A DNA stretch of 54,539 nt from Gonapodya sp. JEL0774 (lineage: Eukaryota), in the NCBI GenBank assembly GCA_027604505.1, contig JADIIX010000146.1, positions 1-54,539 on the forward strand, given 5' to 3'. Below are positions 38,490-50,052 of the stretch, piece by piece (within the stretch, counting starts at the first letter, position 1; every line of letters begins with the position of its first letter). A model generated the notes under the pieces. That model saw nothing but the letters and a program-made list of their open reading frames with translations, was not told where the DNA came from and ran no database searches. The translations under genes and the position numbers were made by a program.

Positions 38490-40421
38490 TTATCCCATCT
38501 CACTCATCACCGTTCCAACAGTGGAAAAAATGCAAACAAAGACCCCGGCAAATAGTATAAACCATGCCAGCGCAATCTCCCACCCGGAGGTTTGAATGAC
38601 AGAACCGGCGGAGAGTTTGATGTTCGCACTCTCCGCGCTCTCCGCTTCCGCTCCCTTGCTCTCTACCGGTGGCTTTGCTCTCGCCAACCTCAAAAAGCAC
38701 GCCGTGGGTACCAATATACTGTTGATACCCGTCACACTGCCTCCCAAGACACCCAGCAAGAAGGCAAACGACGGCACAGTGATAGCCACTGTTATGATCG
38801 CCGTTGCGAGCGCAATGCGCAGAGCCACGCGCCGGATGGGGTTCGGTTGGTGGAACGATGAGGCGGTGGAGGACGAAGAAGTTAATGTGGCGGAAGAGTC
38901 ATACGGTTCAGGTGACGATCGCGAAGGGACGAGAGTGGAACCGTAGACAGTGGGAGCGTCATCACCGTGGTGCATCGCCGACGTGGCGATCAGGGACTTT
39001 CTGCGAGCTGGTGCGCTTGCAAGGTTCTCGATGGTGGACGTCACGATGAGGGAAGGTCGACGGGATGTTGAGATCAGAGATGGCCGGCGGGGGGGTAGAG
39101 TTTCCGGAGGTGGTGACAAGTCGTCGTCTGACGGCCGAGACCACCTGTCGAGCATGGTTTCAATGTCCAGGACGAGAGGTTCAGTAGCTGTGCTCAGCAT
39201 GGTAAAGGGAATGATTGTCAGGACGATGGTGCTGGTGGGAAGACAGGGAGTGGTAATAATGGGATTCCTATTGTAGCATGGAGCAGAGAAGCGCGAAACA
39301 AAAACTTACAGAAAATGATTAAATGCGCGATTGCGGTGCAGATTGACCAAGTTCTTGGTGATCATGTCTTTCGTGTCGACACCATACTCCAGGTATCCAG
39401 CAACTCCGGTAATGATGAACAAGAATATGCTGCCTCCGAACGCCAGGACGATCTCCAAATTTCGGTTCTCTTCCCTGTTTTCCAACGCCAGGTACATGGA
39501 TGGCATTGGTGCGTGCCCAGCGAGAGCATGCACCACAATGCCCGATGCCATGGCCATCCCACTGAGAGCCACGGGAGAGGACAAGTCGGGGAAGAGGAAT
39601 GTCGGGCTTGGGGTGAGGAGGGACCCAGGGGAGGATTTGGAGGTGAACCCGTCCAGGTAGACGACGAAGACAATGAAGAGGGCGCACGCCATGCCCAGGA
39701 AGGCGACAAAGTGCATGCGGGACATGGGGATACTTGAGAAGATTAGGAGGAGGGGGATCGTGCAGAGTTTGATGGTGTTGTCGGGTATTTGGGGGAGCAG
39801 AAGCCCCACTTGACTCGCTGTTGGTGAGAAAAGGTAGTTGCTACGAAGAGATGGTGGCGAAAACTGGGGGTAACGGCAGACTCACAGATTAAAATGACGG
39901 CCCCAACATTATCACCGAAAAGCTCCAAGACAAAGGTGAACCAGTTGAGCCAGTACGCGATTTCCGAGTTGAATGCTACCCGGCAAAGATCCGGGAGGGA
40001 TACAGCTGGAGTGGAATGCGAAGGAGGGAATGAACCTAATCGCACCGAGGCCGCGAAGTAAGTTTACGTACCGGGCCATGCTCCAGATCCCCTGCCTGCA
40101 CACTCGACCGATTGGCATAGCCATTTTCCTGTCATGATAAGCGCCGCGGTGTATGAGATGCAGAGAGCGAAGCCTCCCACCCAACCCCCCATTGCAAAAA
40201 CGAAGGGTGCTGCGACAAGGATGGACGAAGCGATGTAGCTGATCAACAAGTATCGTCAATATGGCTGACAAAAGCGCACGAGAGAGGAGAACGTACTTTA
40301 TGTGGGTGATGGTCACACCTGCCAAGCTCACTGTGGGGATTGAGAGAACCGAATCAAGATCGTCTGCCACGACGGTGGTGACCGTCGATTGTCTGGATCT
40401 CAGCAGAGGCTCCGACTCCAT
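38490..40421 (-). CDS. AAAP/Aa_trans family amino acid transporter (Avt-like, probably vacuolar)
   Basis: N-terminal ESEPLL acidic dileucine motif, about 11 hydrophobic segments, and motifs PFVFAMGGWVGG, AGHAPMPSMY, GYLEYGVDTKDMITKNL and VPSFAFLLGVLGG. Confidence 0.85.
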
Positions 40422-40780
40422 AGTTTTTGGGGTCCGGGGGTGCCCCGTGAAGACTTTATGTATGGTGCAGCCTTTCTGGGCATATGTGAATTCTGGGGTC
40501 CCCACACGGGGTGGTGGTTCGCATCCGACAGGGACCACCCCATACGAAGTCCCCAGACTTGTATTATATGCGGATTTTCTGCCCGACCGACCCTTCCTTT
40601 CCTTAGTCCAGCCATCCCTCCTCCATGGCTGCTCCATCATTGCATTCCCCGCCTTCGTATTTTTTCGTTGTGGCAATCACGGTCGCCGTCCTACCTGCGG
40701 GAGCATTTGGGAAGTGTTCGGGCAGCAGTGGGTCCAATCCGTTTTCACATTCCCTTGTGTAGGGAATTCACTCATTTACG

Positions 40781-41414
40781 TTGTACGTCATATTTAAACA
40801 GATTGCGGAAGCACCGGCATCTGGTGTAGGTCAATCGAACAGCAGCTTTACAATCACCCCTTCCCCCTCCCAATTCAACTCCTACCCTGCTCTCTATCGA
40901 TACTTAGTGCCAATTCTTCTTTCCTGCATATCCGTCCTGTTGATCTTTGGTGGATTGGGATGGATATTTTTCGCGAAATGGAGACGAAAGCGTGAGGTTG
41001 CAGCAGCGGTAGCTGAACAGCACCGGGCAAGAGCAGCGCAAGACGCACAACTGAATGCGCAAGAACTTGGAGGGTACGTCTTTCGTTTGTTTGTACCATG
41101 AGAAGCTACGGGAGAAGGCCCGTGGGGGTGGGTTTCCCTCAGGTCGCATCTGTTTAGCATCTTCCTTCCCCCCTTCATCCCCACCTAGAGACACCCTCAC
41201 GACCTACCAAAACTTCGCCATCGCTCCACCTCACATTTACTCTCCGCTTCCGCCAGTCTCAGCTTACGGTGAGGTTGGAATGCATCCAACCGGTGGGACC
41301 TCTAACTACGAGGGGCATGCCCGCGGGTGGGCAGACATGCAACACGATAGGAGGAGCTTGGAAGATGGGTCAAGGCATGAGACCGATAAAGACAGGATAA
41401 CAGGGAGGTACTGA
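40781..41414 (+). CDS. Small single-pass membrane protein, hypothetical (5' end unresolved)
   Basis: Hydrophobic LVPILLSCISVLLIFGGLGWIFF followed by a basic stop-transfer KWRRKR. A probable intron near 41074-41188 joins it to a Pro/Tyr-containing tail. Confidence 0.5.
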
Positions 41415-41822
41415 GCGCCTTTGCAGGGGTGGGGGTGGGGAGGGTGGGGGGGAGGGGAAACTCTGGACCGGAGACCGACAGAGGAAAGGACGGGGTGGAT
41501 ATAGGTCGGAGGAGCAGCGATGCGAGAATCTCGCATTACACGTCACTTGTGTGTCCTGGTGCCCTGGTTGGCACCGGCCATGGAAGTGTCGCACTAGGCA
41601 AATGACTCCAGCGAAGAACAGCCTCTTTGTCGAAAATTCTTATTCCGATTTGATTGACCTCTTGTTCGCTCATTTGTATATATCTATTCGTCAATTTAAA
41701 TCTGGGGAGGGGACAGGGAGAAACTCTCTCTGAAACTGCAAAAGAAATATTCACTGGTACACCTCGTCCGCTCTTGCTTTGTCAACTACATAACATAGAT
41801 CGACATCTCCCCCCTTCCTCCT

Positions 41823-42513
41823 TCACTTGGGCGGTGGGGGGTAATACTGTTGTGGTGGCTGCTGCCCATTGGGATCGTAGTAGGGCTGAGGGGAATAATG
41901 CTGCGGAGGAGCAACAGGAGTACCAGGCTGGCCAGGGTACCCGTATGGCTGCTGCTGTTGAGGCGGGTAGTAAGGGGGTGGCGCATTGCTGATTTGGGCA
42001 AAGAGAGTATTTTGAGATTTTTCAACGTCATTCCCTGAAGTATTTCCAGTTTCCACCCCTCTTTCCCTTCGCAATCTCAAAGCTTTTGAATATGTCCCCC
42101 ACTTTTATCTGATCCCACCCTGCCCATTCTCCAAACAAATGCGACGCCACACTCACCCAACCGTTATCGTCGTTTGATGAGGAGCAGTGCCGTTTTGCAG
42201 CTGCAGAGCAAGAGCTGCGTTCGCCTTCTCGAGCGCCTCATTTCGTCTGACCCTGCGGTAGTAGAGCCAAATGCTCAGGAAGATCAGGAACAAAACGGAG
42301 CACACGATGCCGGCGATCAACGAAGTGTAGTTATAGTAGTAGCAGTAGCCTTGAAATGGTCAGGAAGATCAGGAACAAAACGGAGCACACGATGCCGGCG
42401 ATCAACGAGAGCAGTTGGAGGAAGGACGATCCCTACCCACCGTAAATGTCGCAAGCGGCATCCGCTGCGGGCAAAAAGGCAGCTGCGAGTACAGCCGTCG
42501 CTAGCACTCCCAT
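41823..42513 (-). CDS. Small type I membrane protein with signal peptide, Cys/Tyr-rich ectodomain and PPxY tail (Rcr1/WBP1-like architecture)
   Basis: Spliced MGVLATAVLAAAFLPAADAACDIY|GYCYYYNYTSLIAGIVCSVLFLIFLSIWLYYRRVRR..TITVG|NAPPPYYPPQQQQPYGYP..PPPPK*. This is not visible as one ORF in the supplied track. Confidence 0.75.
42275..42408. repeat. Perfect 49-bp direct repeat (42275-42323 and 42360-42408)
   Basis: tcaggaagatcaggaacaaaacggagcacacgatgccggcgatcaacga occurs twice. One copy is in exon 2 and the other in intron 1 of the PPxY gene. Confidence 0.95.
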
Positions 42514-42675
42514 GGTGGATCTCGTGTTGAGTGACATGATTGTACCTAACAATTGTCAGCGAAAGAAGTCTCAACCTCAGTCGGCCTCAGCACCCTTTTA
42601 CAGAAGTGGCGATGCCAAAATTGCAGATGCGACCTTATTCACAGTTTTTGGTATTTCTAAACTCTTTCAAGTCCA

Positions 42676-43629
42676 ATGTCCAATCCGGAGCAGCTGCCAC
42701 CTGGCGCCAGGGGAACCGTAACGGGTAGGTACTTTTCTGTGTTGCTGGGTGACTTTGCGTCTCCTTTCTCAGGCGCGCAACCCAAATGATATTGACGTTG
42801 CTCGATGTGGTGATGCAATTTGCATGGAATCGTGACCGGCGATCGCCAAAAAGTCCGTGTCATAAAGTCCCTCGAATACCGCACACTCAAGAGCCTCGTA
42901 CTTCTTGATGTTGATCTCGCTGGTACGACGGTTCGAGAGCTGAAGGACATTGTGAGGGAGCGTGAGTTGCTGGTTGGGCAGGGCAAGGCTGAAAGCCTGT
43001 TTGAGACCGACGTCACTCAATCCAAACCGACGTAGGAATCAAAACCTCACCCGGTTTTCGCCCTTACCTGAACGGTGACCAGGACACCTTCAAGCTTTAT
43101 GTAGCGGCCATGGGCACCAAGGTTCGAGTTGTGAATACTGCGGTGGATCATATCTTGAGACATAGGGTGCTCTTTCCTGTTCTCGCTCCTAACGCATCGC
43201 TATTTGCTCCAACAGTCCTCGAATCTAGTTATCAACACCGACCACGATGATACCCTCATACTGGTGGATGACACGAAAACTCTCGCGGAGTATGGAGTTG
43301 GTGAGTTCTGAGTTGTCAAGTAACGGAACTCTGGCAGAATATTTTGGGAGGATGTAATTCCTGCGCGTGGGACTTAATTTTACATTGGTATGTGAAGTAA
43401 TGGTATCCACCGTTGATCAGAGTTGAAGTGAATGGAGAATTGGTTGAGTTGGAGTGCGAAGATCACCAAATCTGTAAAAGAAAGAGTGTTCCTCTTCTCT
43501 CCCGGCCAATTTGCATTCCACCTCCTCAATGCTCTTCTCTCATTTTAAGCCCACGAGACCGAGCTCTCGTTTTTCAATCGAATAGCGTACGAGGCGTACA
43601 GAAGTCATCCCGAAATTGTAAAATGGTGA
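42676..43629 (+). CDS. AIM29: UPF0538/DUF2340 family protein (Aim29/C2orf76-like)
   Basis: TVT|VRVIKSLEYRTLKSLVL..TTVREL..|PGFRPY..DTFKLY..GTK|SSNLVINTDHDD..LAEYGV|AHETELSFFNR..Y..HPEIVKW*. Confidence 0.88.
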
Positions 43630-43796
43630 TGCAATCGTGACTATGTAAATTCAAGTAGCCTTGTGTAGACTTTTACAATAGTCTGGTGCATTTGATGTTG
43701 AGGAACAGATCAATCTGACCAAAGCACCTGCTTTCTTTCTTTCTGTGTATCGAGCGCGAGCCTTTGACAAATCTCAAAATTAATCGCATACCAGCG

Positions 43797-45807
43797 ATGG
43801 CACCCGAATCACCCACGCGTAAGCGATCACGATCGGTACCCCCATCGAAATCCGTTGATGGGGCGGTAGCGTCTGCTTCATCTCGTGCGAAGAAGAAGGC
43901 CAGGGCAGCCAGTCCCGTGAGAGCGGGGAAGGCGGGAGGGAAGGCGGGAGGAAAAGCAACACCGGAGAAGAAGGAAGTGGAAACAGGGGGTGGGAAACCG
44001 GTAACTGCGGTGAAGGAAGGCAAGGAGAGCAAAGTCTCAACGGCTAGAACCGCGAATAAGGACACGGAGAAGATTGAAGAGGACTCTCCCAAACCTGATC
44101 AGGAAACTCAACTCATGTCTTCTCCTGTGACACGGAGTCAGTCGGCTGCGCGTCGAGGACGTGGTGGTGCGGCAAACAGAGGAGGAACAACCAGGGGTAG
44201 TCTCACCCCTCAATCACCTTCTCGGGCACCAAAACCGGCCCTCACACCAAAGACGAACGCTTCGTTCAAATCAGAACCGAGTCAAAACAGTGCACCATTG
44301 TCGGAAAAGGTGACTGCACCCAAGGCGAATGCGCCCACCATTGGCGGACCACCAGCCTTAGAGGATGATCATGCAATGGACTTTGTCCCCGTTAGTAATG
44401 GCAATACTGCCGAGCCGGTGGATGAATCGGACAGTGAACTCTCGGTAGATTATGAAAATGACGAATCGGTCACGGGCAGTGACGGCGAGTACGTAGATGA
44501 TGGTGGGGATGGGAGCGATGACGAGGACATGGACCTCGATGAGCCAAAGAGCAGGACGAAGTCGCCAAAGAAAGAGACCGCGTCGAAAGGGGCTGTGTCG
44601 AAAGGGAAAGTAGCACTTGCCGCAAAATCTCAGCAGAGCCCAACAGCCGATGCCTTAACCGCTGCCCATCATGTCAAAGTGATTTCCGCCTCCGCCACGG
44701 TACTCGCACCCCAACCTAAACCCACCACAAAGACCACCACAGATACAAAGTCCGCGTTTGTGCCTGCTTCTTCCAATGTTCCCCACTCTTCAGCACCCAA
44801 AGACAGCAAACCAACGGGCGGGGATGCGTTCTCGAAGAATCGACCCACTATCGCCCTCCGTGATGAAGACGAGAAAAAGATGCGTGCGAAGGTCAAAGCA
44901 CTGCAGGTGAGTTTGGGCCGTCTAATGTCGGTTAGGGTCAAAAGTCATAGAATTATTGCTGACCGTACCGATAATCCTTGACAAGCCCGCTCCCCCCACC
45001 TCCGCCCCAACCGTAGTGTACCTTGGGCGCATCCCTCACGGGTTCGTCGAGGAAGGCATCAGAGGATACTTTGAGCAATTTGGCGAAGTTGGGAGGGTGA
45101 GGGTGGCTAGGAACAAAAAGGTGAGTTGAGAATGGATTGAGAGAAGAGGTAGCGTCCCTCTCAGCCTTTCGAAGAAACCATGTGATATGCGAATAAGTCG
45201 TACTGACGGTGGCAACTTACGGAATCTTCTGATTTGCTCGCTTCTGTCTCCCTTGACGTTTGTCCCACCAGACAGGACATTCTAAGCACTACGCTTTCCT
45301 CGAGTTTCCTCACCCCGGCGTTGCAGCGATTGTTGTCTCCACAATGCACAACTACCTCCTTTCTGGCCACCTCCTCAAGTGCTCTATTGTGCCCCCAGAG
45401 AAAGTTCACCCGCTCACATTTGCCGGCGGCAAGTTCCGCAACATTCCTTGGCACAAAATTGAAATGGCTCGGCGGAAGGAGGGAAAAACGGGCTCCGCGT
45501 ATCAGAAGGGAGTGAAGAGTCTATTGAGGAAGGAAAAGAAGAGGAGAAAGATGATGTTAAGCGCTGGCATCGAGTATGAATTTGGTGGTTATGTGAGTTG
45601 CTCGTGGTATGCGCAAATTGCGATTGCTGTTGCAAAGCCTCATTCGGTTCCTCCTCTTGCGACTCGTTCATGTATCCACTCGCTGCTCAATTTTGCACGG
45701 ACGTTCGTCTGTTTGGTATTCTTTCATTAAACCGAACCGTGGACCCTGTGTTCCACAAGGCCGCGGAGCTGCCAAAGAAGGCACAGCACGTTGTATTTGA
45801 CGCTTAG
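43797..45807 (+). CDS. NOP15: Nucleolar RRM protein Nop15/NIFK with long disordered N-terminus
   Basis: VVYLGRIPHGFVEEGIRGYFEQFG..RVARNKK|TGHSKHYAFLEF..TMHNYLL.GHLLKC..VHP and GIEYEF. Confidence 0.92.
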
Positions 45808-46218
45808 AGTGGGAGAACTCACATATAGTTCATCGTATGCTTAATTGAAGGACTAATGTTGAACAGACATAAACAGACTAAGTCTGTGCCGGTGCCTGTT
45901 TCATGCGGTGGCACAGAGACATCATCTTCGCGCACGATCAGGCCGGCAACCAAGGAAGTCAGAACTATGTGATCATCAGGGAATCTAAATCCAGAATTTT
46001 TAATCTCCAATACCCGCTCGACAGCCAAACGGAGGTGAGCTGCGAGGTTTGGGAGCTGCAGATATTTCGCCTCCAAATTCGGAGAAGCAATCCATCGCAA
46101 TGATGATAATCAAACTTGTTTCTAATCTGTTGCGTTCCCATCAATGGATCAACTGCAGAATTGTCTTTGATAAGGCTCACTCACGCCGTTAACGAACTTG
46201 TTCATTGTTCTTGCGAAC

Positions 46219-48077
46219 ATGTCCCACAAGCTTACGAATGATGAAGTGAGTTCCTCGTGGTTTCGGAGTATGGCATGGCCATAGCATGGCCAACTTAACA
46301 CGTCGTACGTCTGCTGAATCTACAAGCTCGATCAACTAGCCATTCCTGCCCGCCTCGGGGGTATGCTCGGCATCTTCTCCGTACTTACCATGTATCATGA
46401 CTATTGGAAGTACCCCAAGCACAGGACTGTCACCAATAGAATGGTGGGTGCTGAAGATTTTGAAGGAAGCCTGCGTTGGACAAGCAAGAACGATTGATCT
46501 GGTCTGCTTGGAAATATTCTGAGGCAACACTACTTTGCGGAGATTAGGTGTCGCGTGATGGAAAGTTCTAACATGTTTGATCTTCGTGGTTATCTTGGGA
46601 CGGGGACAGGTTATGCACCTCGCCACCACCCACTTGGTCTCTGGTGCCACCTACTTCGTCTCACGGTATGTAAAAATAATTTCGCGGCTTTCTTGTATGA
46701 AACTCTTGTCATCTCAACCATGTTGCAGCTGGGGTCCTACTAGTGAGGGGCTGTGTGAAACGCAAGGGTTCTTTGTAACCTTGTCTATTGTGGCCGGCGC
46801 TTTCATCGCCCTAGCCATGGGTATCAATATGTCTCTTGTGTTTGTGTTCAAGTGGGCGAAGGTAGGTGTTTCACCAAGTTACATGACTGTACAATGGCTG
46901 TGGGCTCACAGGGCGTCACTGTCAGACACCGGGCGAGCTCATTACCATTGAGAAGTACCAAGTTGGTCTTGCTTGGGGCATAAGCTTCCTCGTGGGGTTC
47001 CCTTTTATGTTTGTCCAAGTCGGCAACAAGAATGCTTATAATGATGTCGGGTGAGACTCCATAAATCGAACAGCGGTCTTACAGGTTCTGACTCCTCTCG
47101 GAATTCTCGAAATCACTTTGAAATTCCGTTTTGTCGAATCCCCATATTCTTCATGTAGTCAGTGGTGGTACGTCTTCAGAGAAGAGTTTCAAAGAGTATG
47201 AACGCTCACCACTCACGGTTCCTCAATCCATCACTCTTTGATTTCCATCTAGCTGGTTCTCAGATGACCGCCTAAAAATGGGCACTTTTTATTACCCCTC
47301 CTGGATCATCATTCTTTTCGATTTTGTCATCTGCGGTATTGCTGGATATGTGTTGAACAAGAAAGCCGAAGAGTGCGTCGAAATCTCTACGATGAAATTA
47401 CTTGAGAGTCGTATTGATTGCACGTTTGATCGCTCTCTGCCAGAATCCGCTCTGATGTGGAACGTGGGACAGTAGCAACCGCCATTGCTCGATCACTTGC
47501 TCACTTATCTCTGGACACCAATAAGGGCTTGCAGTCATACGTCCGCAAAACTAACCTGCATGTTATTGTGTTTTGTCTCACTTACGTGTTTCCAACAATC
47601 AACAGGTTGCAAGGGTGAGCTCTGTGACTTTGATGAGCTGTATGGTTCTTACATAGACCGGTCTTTGTTGCAGGATGGCGGACCCAACAAACCAGATCTT
47701 TGCTTTGTATGCACTACAGGCATTCTTTGCCTCGTCTCGAGGATTGTGGACGGGCCTGACATACTTCTACAACATGAAAGTTTGTGTAGCCTTCAATTCT
47801 GCGCATTTCTCTGATTTTCTGAGCACCACTCTTGTTTCAGTACCACGGCACTCATGACGTCGAAACCGGATTCGCCACATCACACCACACCCATTCTACA
47901 CATCTCGGAGAAGGTCGGTCCAAATCAGTGACGCTACCGGCTAAGAACAGGAATCCAAGCAGAGACCTGGGCAGCAAAGACGCCATTAGCAAAAAGGACG
48001 GTGATGGAAAAGCGATTGAGGGAAGACCCAAACGGCCGAGTATCATGGCAACAGCGGAGACTTTGAATGGCGTGTGA
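46219..48077 (+). CDS. Seven-transmembrane GPCR, cAMP-receptor-like (CAR/Git3-type)
   Basis: Spliced TM1 ARLGGMLGIFSVLTM..KHRTVTNRM, TM3 LCETQGFF..ALAMGINM, loop WCWF, TM5 FYYPSWIIILF and TM7 LQAFFASSRGLWTGLTYFYN, followed by a polar tail. Confidence 0.75.
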
Positions 48078-48249
48078 TTTGATGAAACAATGCGCAAAAG
48101 TGACTGAAACGTAGGAATCAAGGTCGTTTTAGAACTACAGAACGAATGAAAGATTTGTAATATGTACGAGTACTTGGTTGAGATCTCAGCCACTGAGATC
48201 TCGGCGTGGTTCGTAATATGTGGTCTCGGCAGCTGCTCCTGGCGTTTCC

Positions 48250-49893
48250 CAGCCAGGTTTCGCGCCAACTGTTGATCCAAATGCAAACCGTTCACACACA
48301 AGCATTCAAGAAAGGAAACAAAATTTTCGAACCGTATGTAAATTTCTTCCTGTCACGCTCAGTGTAGTGTTTCTGCTTGGCTTCCATCGCAAGCTCTCGA
48401 GATCTCTGCGCGGCAGAACGGGTTGTGGGCTCCATTGCGAAGTACTGCTTCCAAGGGTTTCCTGTTGGAGCAAAACGTTTGACATGACATCAACGACGCT
48501 CACGCTTTTGCCGTATCCACCGGCCTCCACCTGTCTGGCCTGTGTTTCACTCCTTTCGTGCTCTTCAATGTAATCATATATGTTTTCTTGCCAATAAGAA
48601 CATCTCAGAATAGACAATGCACCCAATTTAGTGATGAGATGCACACATACCAAGAGTTGGACCTCTTCTGAACGTGAGACCTCCGATGTACGTCTCCGCT
48701 GAAGTCGTCTGAAGTTTCTCCACTGCCTTCGCCTCCCAGGCAAGGTCTCTCGCTGACAAAAGAGGAACGAACACGTTATTCATCTGGCTTAGTTTAGACT
48801 CAACAATGTAGAGAAATCGTGTTCCATCTCACAGCGATTCATGGCATTGTATGTGGTTTCTGGTAGTTCCGAGGTTGACCGATGGAAAGTGTAGCTCGAG
48901 CGGGGTGGGAACTCCTCCATCGACCTTGATACACGCTGATTGTCGGTGAGCTGAGTTGGTTGTGAGTATAATAGCGGTATTCGAAGCGGAACTTATGAGC
49001 GTTAGAATTGATGACAGTTCCCTCAGGTGTACGCACACGTCACCTCTTTTTATACAACTCTCCAGCTTATGTTCATCTAAGCTCTCTTGTACTCGTGATA
49101 CGGTACAAATCTCTATCGAAATCCCGCCCGAAATATCATTTGTAGTTCGATTACAAAGAATCACGGGACGGAGCCCGACGTAAAATATAGACGCCCAAAT
49201 ATTGAGGATGTGTGGTGAAGTGTCCACGCCCGAATTACTGCTTCCATGCCTCCACGCCGTTTTCCTGATTTCCAACACTGTCGTTGTAGTTCTTGATGAG
49301 GAACTTTGGAGACGCAGGAGACCCAGACGCGGTGGGATGAGGTGAGAGGAGATGCTGTGGTGCTTTGGTCCGCTGCTGACTGACTGCGATTGCCCAACAA
49401 GTCAGGCGGCTGGCCCCATTGTGCGAGGAACGCATTGCAGAGTGCATGAGGTTGCAGTGAAGAAGGTCCCAGTGATTGCACGAGGAAGAACAGCTCGGCA
49501 CGTCAAGGTGCGCTGGAGAGATGGTAGATGCAGGCAGCATCAGAGGACAGAGACAGTGTATGATTGGCCATCCACCAGAAAGGTGATGATGCTAGTGACC
49601 GAAGAGTCACAGAGCGAAGGTTGTGCGAGACAACCGTGGGTGCCCCGGTCGTAGGCATGGTGAGCAAAACTGGAGCGGGCAAGGGGGAGGGTAGGAACCA
49701 ACCCACCTTCAAGAGTCCTCGACGAGACTTCCCAGCTCGCGTACCTTGTTGGCCATGTCGACCTCCATGAGTTGAGAGTAGGGCTGCGACTGGAAAACGA
49801 GAAATGAAAGCACGAAGCGTCCAGTTACTACCGTCAAACCACAAGGAGTGCATGGAAATGCATCCGGGCACGGTTGCAGCAGAGTCTCACCAT
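48250..49893 (-). CDS. Hypothetical multi-exon protein or pseudogene (model unresolved)
   Basis: Candidate ATG|gtgaga first exon at 49893 and several plausible GT-AG sites. Segment HNGASRLTCWAIA|FLIKNYN weakly recalls BTB-associated BACK-like helices. No stop-free model was confirmed. Confidence 0.35.
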
Positions 49894-50052
49894 GGTGTGG
49901 GAAGGCGGGATTTGCTTAGAGTAGATTACTTTGTCGCAAATAGATGGCTTAGATGAACATACTCTGCAGGAGCGTTCAATTTATTTTGAACGCGCCGATT
50001 GAGCGTTGAATTTAATGAAATGGGAAAAGCCACCGTTTCTAAGTAGATTGTA

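Noticed and set aside
41823..42080. CYSTM-family assignment for the P/Q/Y-rich exon
   Set aside because: No C-terminal Cys-rich TM module. The exon is the cytoplasmic tail of an upstream signal-peptide/TM gene.
48180..48202. Isolated short palindromes (also 22773-22791 and 25552-25577)
   Set aside because: Single 8-10 bp stems with no TSD or other support, as expected by chance in 54 kb.
49161..49871. Two same-frame ORFs separated by one TGA (49503-49505)
   Set aside because: The joined peptide has no redox motif or homology, and splice signals suggest other frames are used.
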